DNA of 60,438 nucleotides from an uncultured Clostridia bacterium (GTDB taxonomy: Bacteria > Bacillota > Clostridia > Christensenellales > UBA1242): positions 1 to 60,438 of the forward strand of contig CALWKK010000002.1 in NCBI GenBank assembly GCA_944381245.1, written 5' to 3'. Below are positions 38,850-47,156 of the stretch, piece after piece; position 1 is the stretch's first letter, and each line of letters opens with the position of its first letter. The translations under genes were made by a program, and so were the position numbers. The notes beneath the pieces were generated by a model. The model saw only the letters and a list, made by a program, of their open reading frames with translations. It did not search any database and had not been told where the DNA came from.

Positions 38850-41162
38850 TTAATTCTTAAAAATTTTTGAAACAATGATTGTCATGTCATCTATGGCCGA
38901 ACCATCACAATTTTCAAGTGCTTTTTTTAATATTTCTTGTGCTAAAGTTTGAGGATTAGAAATATCTAAATTGTTAACATAATTAAGATATTCTTCATCG
39001 TTTTCAAAACTGTCTGTAATTCCGTCTGTAGCTAGAATTATATAATCTCCAGAATTTAAAACAAGTTTTTTAATTTTAGGCTTTACACCATCAATAATTC
39101 CTAAAGGCAAATCACTTCCATCAACAACATCTGTTTCAGTTTTATGTTTAATTAATCCAACTGGCGCTCCTAATTTGATTATATCAGCAACTCCTTTTCT
39201 TAAATCAATAATAGCCAAATCTAATGCAGAAAACATTTCATCACCACTTAAAGTCAACAATTTATTAGTTGAAGATAAAATAATTTCATTATTAAATCCA
39301 GCTTTGTAAAAATTTTCAACCAATCCCATAGCTAAATTTGAAGATTTTTCTGCCTGCTTCCCACTTCCCATTCCATCACATAAAGCCATCATAAATTTAT
39401 CATTATCAATTTTTATTAAAGAATATGAATCTCCACTTATTTTGCTTGTTGCTTTTTTAGTCGCCGCCGTTCCGAACACAATATTATACACAGGACTAGT
39501 TTTTAAATTAACGACAGTCCAACCACTTCTTCCTGAATAATTTTCATTCTCAACACTCATAGAACAGCCACAAATTTTAGAAATAATCTCCGAAATTTTT
39601 TCTTTTTTAGCATCTTCATTTTTAACAACAACCGTAACACAATAAGATTCTTTATCTTGATCATAAACAACAGCATCTGAACAAGTTATATCCGCAAATG
39701 AAAGTTCTTCAATTATTTTATTTTCTTTCCATGTGTCAAATGTTAAAGGTTTTTTTACTTCTAATGATAAGGAACGCAATATTTTCGAAACACCATTTAA
39801 CTGTTCTGCAACCAACATTCGACTAGCATCAAAATTTGTCATTAAATTCGCATATTGTTTATATTGCCCAGAGGTGTTGTTTATAGTTGATATTAAAGTG
39901 TTAACTCTTTTGCATCTTGATGTTAAATAAGGAGGCACATCTATTAATGTTGCTTTTCCCCTTTCAAATCCTGACTCAATTATGTTATCAAAAACTCTTT
40001 TTGTTTCTTCAGCATATTGCCTATGGCATTTATTCCTTTCTGGGCAATCATAACAAACTTTTTCTTTTAGATCTAAACTTAACATTTCTTTAGCTTGTTC
40101 TTTAGAAATGCCTCCTTTTATCATACCTCTAAAAGAATTATTCATTTCATTAAAAATTTCAGAAAGTTCCCCTAGTTTTCTTGCTAAATTTTCATTGTTT
40201 CTATTTGCAACATTTCTCATAGCAGAATTTTGCGCCGTTGATCCGAAGAATCCTGATATTTCATCGAAATATTTATTTGGTATGACGAAATATGCCAATG
40301 CTCCAATTATTACAGGTATATAATTAATCACATTATATGAGTAATAAATATTAAAGAACCACCCCAATCCTGCTTCAACTAATAACAAAGCCACACACGA
40401 AAAAATTTTATTTCTACTTTTAAAACATAGTGCAGCAAGCGCCCAAATAATAAATGCACACATACTTATCGGATTAGTAGAATTAATTAAAACTCCTAGA
40501 CCCATTATGGCAGAAATTATTAATGTTGACGAAACATTAAAAGCTTGGGAAGATGTTAAAATAATAAAGCTTGCAAACAACTTTATTAACTCAAATGTTC
40601 CTAATGAAAATTCACTTAGCCCACTCGACAATGCAACAAGCACAATTCCAGCACATATAATTTCATCTATAGTTAATTTATACGCAAAACCTTTAGTTGC
40701 AATTGCTTCAAAGATCCTAACACATGCAAACATAAACAATATGCCTAATATAACTGAAATAGAATTTAAAACTATATTAAAATTGAATAAAATTGTTAAT
40801 GTTATATATACAGTTTGACTTAATAAAGCATATATTCCTAATTGCCAATATTTAATGGGTTTTTTTAATTTGTAATGAATTCCATAAGTGATTAACATAA
40901 CTAAGCAAGTTCCAATAGAAAAATATAAATTCATTAAGTTAAATGTTGCTAAAAAAACACCTATAATATATAATATAGACAAAATTAAAACATTGTAATT
41001 ACACCACATTAAAGCAAATAAAAAGCCAAACGAAAAAGGAAATATCAAATCATTAATATTAGCCTTACTCATAATATAAAAGCCAAAAAAACATAGTAAA
41101 TATTTAATTATAATACTAATTATATTTTTATTCTCTTCTTTAATTTTATGATATATTTTCAT
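38850..41162 (-). CDS. spoIIE: Stage II sporulation protein E (membrane PP2C phosphatase)
   Basis: About 10 N-terminal TM helices. C-terminal PP2C blocks SGDSYSLIKI, ALCDGMGSGKQAE and ILATDGITD. AGGTGAG SD. Confidence 0.9.
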   Translation of the reverse strand: MKIYHKIKEENKNIISIIIKYLLCFFGFYIMSKANINDLIFPFSFGFLFALMWCNYNVLILSILYIIGVFLATFNLMNLYFSIGTCLVMLITYGIHYKLKKPIKYWQLGIYALLSQTVYITLTILFNFNIVLNSISVILGILFMFACVRIFEAIATKGFAYKLTIDEIICAGIVLVALSSGLSEFSLGTFELIKLFASFIILTSSQAFNVSSTLIISAIMGLGVLINSTNPISMCAFIIWALAALCFKSRNKIFSCVALLLVEAGLGWFFNIYYSYNVINYIPVIIGALAYFVIPNKYFDEISGFFGSTAQNSAMRNVANRNNENLARKLGELSEIFNEMNNSFRGMIKGGISKEQAKEMLSLDLKEKVCYDCPERNKCHRQYAEETKRVFDNIIESGFERGKATLIDVPPYLTSRCKRVNTLISTINNTSGQYKQYANLMTNFDASRMLVAEQLNGVSKILRSLSLEVKKPLTFDTWKENKIIEELSFADITCSDAVVYDQDKESYCVTVVVKNEDAKKEKISEIISKICGCSMSVENENYSGRSGWTVVNLKTSPVYNIVFGTAATKKATSKISGDSYSLIKIDNDKFMMALCDGMGSGKQAEKSSNLAMGLVENFYKAGFNNEIILSSTNKLLTLSGDEMFSALDLAIIDLRKGVADIIKLGAPVGLIKHKTETDVVDGSDLPLGIIDGVKPKIKKLVLNSGDYIILATDGITDSFENDEEYLNYVNNLDISNPQTLAQEILKKALENCDGSAIDDMTIIVSKIFKN

Positions 41163-41255
41163 TATCTCACCTGCTTCTAATTATAAAATCAACTAATTAA
41201 ATTAAAAATCAGAAAATAAATGAAAAATATCAAAATAAGTATTATTTTGTCAAAA

Positions 41256-41285
41256 AAAATAAAGTCAAAAAGTTGACTTTATTTT
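41256..41285 (-). terminator. Intrinsic terminator of hup
   Basis: 13-bp stem AAAATAAAGTCAA / TTGACTTTATTTT with a 4-nt loop. T-run on the minus strand. Confidence 0.65.
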
Positions 41286-41290
41286 CTATA

Positions 41291-41560
41291 TTAAAATTGA
41301 TCTTTAAAGCTTTTTCCAAATTTAAAAACTGGAACATTGCATGCTGGAATATTGATTTGTTCTTTGGTTGCTGGATTTATTCCTGTTCTACCAGCCCTAG
41401 ACTTAACTTCAAATGTTCCAAAGCCTGCAATTGAAACTTTATTTCCTGCTTTTAAATCTGTTGTTATGGAACTAATCAATGCATCAAGTGCAGATGATGC
41501 ATCTTTTTGTGATAAACCTGATTCTGTTGCAATAGCTTTAATCAATTCTCCTTTATTCAT
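41291..41560 (-). CDS. hup: DNA-binding protein HU
   Basis: MNKGELI start with a GGAG SD. GFGTFEVKSRAGRTGINPAT arm motif. Confidence 0.92.
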   Translation of the reverse strand: MNKGELIKAIATESGLSQKDASSALDALISSITTDLKAGNKVSIAGFGTFEVKSRAGRTGINPATKEQINIPACNVPVFKFGKSFKDQF

Positions 41561-41678
41561 ATTTAATCTCCTTTTTTGTTTATTTGCTAGTGAATTGTTT
41601 CCATCTAACAACAATATGATACATTAAAATTGTTAAAAAGGCAACAATTTTGATAAATTTTAATTTCGGAATTTTTTG

Positions 41679-42437
41679 TTATATATTTAATTTATCAAAC
41701 TCTGTTGTTGCAACCGTCAAAACATAAACTTTTCTTGCACCGTTTTGTTTTAATATTTTTGAACAATGATCACTTGTTGATCCTGTTGTTAAAACGTCAT
41801 CAATAATTAATATATTTTTATTTTTTATATCTTTCTTATTATTTACTTTAAATGCGTTTTCCAAATTTTTTTGTCTTTCAATGTATGATAAATTTGTTTG
41901 TGTATTTGTGTTTTTTATTCTTTCCAATATATCCAATCTCACATTTATATCTATCAATTTACTTAATTCTCTTGCAAGCAATTCAGCTTGATTATATCCC
42001 CTTAGTTTCTGCTTTTGTATATGTAAAGGAACTGGAATTATATAACTAATATTAGTAAATTCATCTTTATTCTTATAGTATTCTTCTTTCAAAAAATGTG
42101 CAAAATATTTTGCTAGCCATTTTTGATTATTATATTTAAAATTCTTGATGGTATTAGCAACTTCATTTTCATAAACCAACGGAGCTCTTGCAAAATCAAA
42201 ATTTCTTTTATATTTTTTACAGAATAAACAAAAATCACTTTTTGATTCAATAGGCGAACCACATTTTTTGCAAATCTTTTTAGTTTTCTTAATACCATTA
42301 TAACATTTATCACAAACAGCAAAAATGTTATCTTTAACTTCATTGCCACAAAAAATGCAACTAAAATTATCAGGCATTAATTTATCCCAAATTGAAGAAA
42401 AATATTGTTTGATATCTTCTAAATATTTATTTTCCAT
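41679..42437 (-). CDS. comFC: ComF family protein (ComFC-type zinc-finger phosphoribosyltransferase)
   Basis: Four CxxC pairs at the N-terminus and the PRTase motif ILIIDDVLTTGST. Overlaps the recD2 stop by 11 nt. Confidence 0.8.
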   Translation of the reverse strand: MENKYLEDIKQYFSSIWDKLMPDNFSCIFCGNEVKDNIFAVCDKCYNGIKKTKKICKKCGSPIESKSDFCLFCKKYKRNFDFARAPLVYENEVANTIKNFKYNNQKWLAKYFAHFLKEEYYKNKDEFTNISYIIPVPLHIQKQKLRGYNQAELLARELSKLIDINVRLDILERIKNTNTQTNLSYIERQKNLENAFKVNNKKDIKNKNILIIDDVLTTGSTSDHCSKILKQNGARKVYVLTVATTEFDKLNI

Positions 42438-44700
42438 ATAACAACCGTATTTTTTCTTTAGATTCGTGCAAAAATTCTTTTAATAAAGTCAATCTTCTTG
42501 TTGCTTGTTTGTTTTTTATCATTCGATTTAATGAATTTATACTTCCAACTAACACAACCATTTTTTTTGCTCTTGTAACACCTGTATATATCAAATTTCG
42601 AGTTAATATTAAACTTGGTCCAGAAATTACTGGAATAACGACAACATCAAACTCACTTCCTTGACTTTTATGTATTGTTATTGCATAAGCTAAAGAAATT
42701 TGATTTAATTCACTTCTAGGATAAATAACAGTTTTTTTATCATCAAAAATTATTTCAACTTCACCACTTTGATTATCAATTCTTTTTATTTCTCCCATAT
42801 CTCCATTAAAAACACCTTTGCCGAATTCAATCTTATTTGTCCCCTCGATTTTCCGACTCCATTCTAAATTATAATTGTTTGTTATTTGCATAATTTTATC
42901 TAATTCTCTTAAAATTGTAGAACCAATATATAATTCATTTTTATATTCTGATGCAGGATTAATTTTTTCTTGAAGTTTTTCATTCAAATTTTCAACCCCA
43001 CATATCCCTGACCTCATCGCTGATAAAACTTGAATTTTTTTTGAATCAATTTTTAAATATTTATTAATTCTGCTTATAACAAGATTAATAACGCTTTCAA
43101 ATATTTCGTCATTATTACTTTTTGATTCAAAGAAAAAGTCACTACTTCTATTATCTAATATAGGATTTTCTCCATTATTAATTAAATGCGCGTTTTGTAT
43201 AATCAAACTATTATTTTCTTGCCTGTATATTTTTGTTAAACTAATAACAGGTATTGTATTACTAGATATTATATCTTCTAAAACATTACCAACACCAACA
43301 CTTGGTAATTGATCCTTATCTCCAACAAGTATTAACTTTGCCCCTTCAGGAAAAGCCTTTAAAAAATAATACATTAAGTTTATATCAACCATGGAAACTT
43401 CATCAATAATAACTGCATCACAGTTAAGTGGATTATCTTCATTATAAACAAAAATATTTTTATCTTGTTTAAAATTTATTTCCAAAGCTCTATGAATTGT
43501 GCTTGCACTAAAATTTGTTGTTTCTGACAATCTTTTAGCTGCCCTACCTGTTGGCGCCAACAAAATTGTCTTTTTATTTAAGCTTTTTAATATTTCTAAA
43601 ATACAAGAGACAATCGTTGTCTTTCCCGTACCAGGGCCTCCAGTTATTACACAAATACCTGAATTAATGGCAAGATCGACAGCTTTTTTCTGATCGCTAT
43701 GAAGTAAAATATTTTTCTTTTTTTCATATAATTCAATCTCTTTTTCAATGTTTAAATTATCCTGAGAAATGTTATAACAGATTTTTATTATTTTATTCGC
43801 TACATTTTTTTCTATATTATAAAACTTTGTTAAACAAATTATTTGTTTTTTTTCTTTCCAGAAAATTTTTATTATATTTTCTTTTTGTAATATTTCAAAT
43901 GCGTCTTCAACTATATTTGAACTATGATCATTCTGTAAATTCAATAATTTATTCAACTTAGTTTTTATTTGTTCAACAAATTGATATGTATGTCCTCCTT
44001 TTTCTGATGCTTCCGTTAGTAAATATAAAACACCAGCCCTTACTCTAAAAATACTATCTCTAGCTATACCCATTTTTAAAGCAATTTTATCTGCACTAAT
44101 AAATCCTACACCATTTATATCTTCAACTAATCTATAAGGATTTTTTTTTATTAATTCTATGGTTGAAGATTTATAATGTTCATAAATTTTTATCGCTAAA
44201 TTTGAAGAAATATTAAATCCTTGCAAAAACACCATCGAATTTTGCATCTCTTTTATTTGATTTAAAGATTGTGATATTATCTCAGTTTTCTTTTTTGATA
44301 TTCCCTTTATTGCAGTTAATTTATCTGGATTAAACTCAATCACTTCTAAAGTATTTAATCCAAATTTATCAACAATTAATTTTGCCGTAACTGGTCCCAC
44401 ACCTTTAATTAACCCACTTGATAAATATTTTTCAATTCCTTTAATTGATTTAGGTTCAATTATTTCATAATGATCAACATCAAATTGTTCTCCAAATTTT
44501 GTTGTCTTAAAATCCCCAACAACTTTGAATCCTTCACCAATGCTTATATTTAAAAATTTACCTGTGATTACTAATGTTTCTTCGTTTGATGAAACAACTG
44601 CAACTGTATATCCATTTTCTTCATTCCTAAATTTTATTTTTTCTATTACACATTCAAATTCACACATTAAAAATAATAATACACTTTTTTTTCGATTCAT
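42427..44700 (-). CDS. recD2: ATP-dependent RecD2-like DNA helicase
   Basis: GGPGTGKTT, VIIDEVSM, AITIHKSQGSEF and YTGVTRAKK helicase motifs. HhH N-terminal region. Confidence 0.88.
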   Translation of the reverse strand: MNRKKSVLLFLMCEFECVIEKIKFRNEENGYTVAVVSSNEETLVITGKFLNISIGEGFKVVGDFKTTKFGEQFDVDHYEIIEPKSIKGIEKYLSSGLIKGVGPVTAKLIVDKFGLNTLEVIEFNPDKLTAIKGISKKKTEIISQSLNQIKEMQNSMVFLQGFNISSNLAIKIYEHYKSSTIELIKKNPYRLVEDINGVGFISADKIALKMGIARDSIFRVRAGVLYLLTEASEKGGHTYQFVEQIKTKLNKLLNLQNDHSSNIVEDAFEILQKENIIKIFWKEKKQIICLTKFYNIEKNVANKIIKICYNISQDNLNIEKEIELYEKKKNILLHSDQKKAVDLAINSGICVITGGPGTGKTTIVSCILEILKSLNKKTILLAPTGRAAKRLSETTNFSASTIHRALEINFKQDKNIFVYNEDNPLNCDAVIIDEVSMVDINLMYYFLKAFPEGAKLILVGDKDQLPSVGVGNVLEDIISSNTIPVISLTKIYRQENNSLIIQNAHLINNGENPILDNRSSDFFFESKSNNDEIFESVINLVISRINKYLKIDSKKIQVLSAMRSGICGVENLNEKLQEKINPASEYKNELYIGSTILRELDKIMQITNNYNLEWSRKIEGTNKIEFGKGVFNGDMGEIKRIDNQSGEVEIIFDDKKTVIYPRSELNQISLAYAITIHKSQGSEFDVVVIPVISGPSLILTRNLIYTGVTRAKKMVVLVGSINSLNRMIKNKQATRRLTLLKEFLHESKEKIRLLYGK

Positions 44701-44737
44701 CAAAACATTTGATTATCTTTCCCACTATGTGTCAATT

Positions 44738-44769
44738 TTCGACATTTTATATTACACTTTTAAAAGTGT
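44738..44769. promoter_or_regulatory. 0A-box-like TTCGACA plus a 16-bp perfect palindrome in the divergent intergenic region
   Basis: TTCGACA (reverse complement TGTCGAA) at 44738-44744. ACACTTTTAAAAGTGT at 44754-44769, just upstream of the TG-extended -10. Confidence 0.3.
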
Positions 44770-44773
44770 AAAA

Positions 44774-44782
44774 TGCTATTCT
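44774..44782 (+). promoter_or_regulatory. Extended -10 (TGCTATTCT) placed for a leaderless mRNA
   Basis: TGCTATTCT-TAAAAT-ATG(44789). There is no SD. This hexamer is weaker than the others. Confidence 0.35.
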
Positions 44783-44788
44783 TAAAAT

Positions 44789-45982
44789 ATGAAAGAAATA
44801 AATGATATTGTTTTTGAAAAAAATGCACTAAATCAATTAACAAATTATTTGAAAGATTATTCTAAAATATTTATATTAACTTCACCAACACCCAAAAAAT
44901 ATTATTTCCAATTTCTAGCAAATTTATTAAGCGAACAAAACTTAAATTTTTGGAGCTACACCTTAAATTCGAATTCTGCGTGTACTAGTGATAATGTTCT
45001 CAAAACTTGTTCAAAAATTAAAAGTGCAGAAATAATTGTGGCTTTTGGAGCTGGAACTGTTTTTGATATTGCTAAAATAGCTTCAAAAAACTTAAATCTT
45101 CCATTGCTTATTGTTCCAACAACAATAACTCATTTTGGTATGTTTACTAATTATGCTATTTTAAATGATCATGTACCTCAAGTTGTTGAAACACCTGCTC
45201 CTAAAAAAATTTTTATAGACAAAAATTTTATTTCTAAAAGTCCAGAAACATTTATCTATTCAACTATATGTTTTTCGATTTCTAATCTTGAATATGTAAT
45301 TTCATCAAATTTAGATGATTTTATAAGTAACCAGTCAAATCAAATGGATTGCATTTATAATTTAATTAAAAAAATAACCGATTTATTAACATGGCTTTCT
45401 TTATGTAAAGATATTGCAATTATTAATTTGTTGGAATATGTAATACAACTATACGATTTATGTAAATTAAAAAAAATTTCTAATAGCATGTTTTTGGCAA
45501 ATTTAATAAAAAGTTCAACACTAAAAAATAACTTTGGGGAAAAATGTTTATTATGTTCTAGCATTTTACTAAAATTATATTATGAATTTTTTAATCAAAA
45601 TTTAATTTATCCTATATCAACTCCAGAAATTGATAAAATTATTACTATTTTTGAAAAAAAACCATATTTATCTGTATATTTTAAGAACGAAAATTATCAT
45701 CAATATATTTTTAATTATTTAAAATCAACTAATTTTTTATTAAATAATGAAATAAAAAATAAATTACAAAATTATAGATTTCAATTTTTAAACAAAACGC
45801 TTGAATATGAAATGTTTATAAGTAAATTTATAAAAAAATACAAAATAATGAACAAAATAACCCAATTTGATAGAATGATTGATGAAAAAGATATTTTTTA
45901 TAATTTGGAAATACTTCCAATATTAACAAAAAACAATTCATTATCGCTTTTATCTAGATATGGCTTTTTAAATATGGCTTAA
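44789..45982 (+). CDS. Iron-containing alcohol/glycerol-phosphate dehydrogenase-like protein, divergent
   Basis: Nucleotide-binding blocks VAFGAGTVFDIAK and LLIVPTT. The C-terminal half is divergent. Confidence 0.4.
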   Translation: MKEINDIVFEKNALNQLTNYLKDYSKIFILTSPTPKKYYFQFLANLLSEQNLNFWSYTLNSNSACTSDNVLKTCSKIKSAEIIVAFGAGTVFDIAKIASKNLNLPLLIVPTTITHFGMFTNYAILNDHVPQVVETPAPKKIFIDKNFISKSPETFIYSTICFSISNLEYVISSNLDDFISNQSNQMDCIYNLIKKITDLLTWLSLCKDIAIINLLEYVIQLYDLCKLKKISNSMFLANLIKSSTLKNNFGEKCLLCSSILLKLYYEFFNQNLIYPISTPEIDKIITIFEKKPYLSVYFKNENYHQYIFNYLKSTNFLLNNEIKNKLQNYRFQFLNKTLEYEMFISKFIKKYKIMNKITQFDRMIDEKDIFYNLEILPILTKNNSLSLLSRYGFLNMA

Positions 45983-46002
45983 TTGATTATAATAAAAAAA
46001 AC

Positions 46003-46013
46003 TGTCAATAATT
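46003..46013 (+). repeat. Copy 1 of the 11-mer TGTCAATAATT upstream of a gene start
   Basis: Identical 11-mer also at 46431-46441. Each copy ends 5-16 nt before a start codon. Confidence 0.3.
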
Positions 46014-46018
46014 AACCC

Positions 46019-46402
46019 ATGTCAATATATAAAAGATTTGGGTTTTTTGTTTTTTTATTTTTTATTATTTGTATATTAATGGTCTGTTATAATGAAAATT
46101 TTATAATTAAAAAATTATCAATTTCTGAAAATGATGTAATTATTTTTGAAAATAATAACACAAAAGATGGTGTTAGTTTTGAGACAAGCTTAAAGCCTTT
46201 TGAAATAATTAATAAACTAAATGCTAAAATACATAGCGAGCAAAAATTAAACAATAATAAAAACGATTTGTTAATTTATTATTGCTATATTGAAAATCTA
46301 AATAATTATGTTATTGTCGATAACAAAAAAGTGAATATGCAAATTGCTTATGATGGCAAAAAAACAACGGTTGGAATTCCTTTAATTTTAACTGGATATT
46401 AA
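46019..46402 (+). CDS. Hypothetical membrane-anchored protein
   Basis: N-terminal hydrophobic helix FGFFVFLFFIICILMV. No known family. Confidence 0.4.
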   Translation: MSIYKRFGFFVFLFFIICILMVCYNENFIIKKLSISENDVIIFENNNTKDGVSFETSLKPFEIINKLNAKIHSEQKLNNNKNDLLIYYCYIENLNNYVIVDNKKVNMQIAYDGKKTTVGIPLILTGY

Positions 46403-46430
46403 ACTTTTTAGTGTATAAATTTATAAATCA

Positions 46431-46441
46431 TGTCAATAATT
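46431..46441 (+). repeat. Copy 2 of TGTCAATAATT, with GTATA 14 nt upstream (forespore-sigma-like arrangement)
   Basis: GTATA at 46413-46417, 14 nt, then GTCAATAATT. Confidence 0.3.
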
Positions 46442-46457
46442 TGGCATGGAGGAAAAA

Positions 46458-47072
46458 ATGGAAAATAAAATAAAAATTAACAGAAGAGGAGAAAAGTTTA
46501 TTAAATTTTTTAAACATTATGGATATTACATTTTAGCTGGAGCAATTATACTAGCTATAACATTAACTGTTGTATTAACTGCTCCAAAAAGTTCAAATTT
46601 AGTTGTCCCACCAAACAACGAAACTCCAGCTGAACCTGTGGATGCTTATGCTTTAACATTCACTAACCCACTTGAAGAAAGTAATATTGTAAAAAATCAT
46701 TCAACAGATAAACTAGTATATGATACAACATTAGGATGGTTTGCAACTCATCATGGAATTGATTTAGTCAGTGAAAAATCTTCTGACGTTTTAGCTGCAG
46801 CAGAAGGTGTTGTTTCAGAAATTTATACTAATGATTTAGAAGGAACAGTTATTGTTATTAAACATAATGATGTTTACACTTCTAAATATGGATCTTTAAA
46901 TTCACAAGTAGAAGTTAAGGTGGGCGACAAAGTTAAAAAAGGACAAAAAATTGGAACGGTTTCAACATCTGCAAAAAACGAAGTTGCAACTGGCGCACAT
47001 TTACACTTTGAGTTGTTTATGGACAATGAAGATGTTAATCCAGCTGATTATTTGAGTTTAGAAAATAAATAA
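46458..47072 (+). CDS. M23/LytM peptidase with an N-terminal TM anchor (possible SpoIIQ-like)
   Basis: HHGIDL and GAHLHFEL zinc motifs. Single TM YYILAGAIILAITLTVVL. I chose the ATG at 46458, 5 nt after GGAGG. Confidence 0.8.
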   Translation: MENKIKINRRGEKFIKFFKHYGYYILAGAIILAITLTVVLTAPKSSNLVVPPNNETPAEPVDAYALTFTNPLEESNIVKNHSTDKLVYDTTLGWFATHHGIDLVSEKSSDVLAAAEGVVSEIYTNDLEGTVIVIKHNDVYTSKYGSLNSQVEVKVGDKVKKGQKIGTVSTSAKNEVATGAHLHFELFMDNEDVNPADYLSLENK

Positions 47073-47093
47073 ACTTTTTAAATAAAAATTCAT

Positions 47094-47119
47094 AAAAAAG
47101 AGATAGCTTCTCTTTTTTT
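47094..47119 (+). terminator. Intrinsic terminator
   Basis: 10-bp stem AAAAAAGAGA / TCTCTTTTTT with loop TAGCT, followed by a T-run. Confidence 0.65.
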
Positions 47120-47141
47120 ATTTTTATAATATTTTTTGTTT

Positions 47142-47150
47142 TGTTATAAT
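47142..47150 (+). promoter_or_regulatory. Extended -10 (TGTTATAAT) placed for a leaderless rel mRNA
   Basis: TGTTATAAT-ATTTAT-ATG(47157). There is no SD. Confidence 0.45.
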
Positions 47151-47156
47151 ATTTAT

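Noticed and set aside
41248-41254. 0A-like box TGTCAAA upstream of spoIIE
   Set aside because: It has one mismatch to the core consensus, is a single copy, and lies beside the A-run of the hup terminator. It is not distinguishable from chance in AT-rich DNA.
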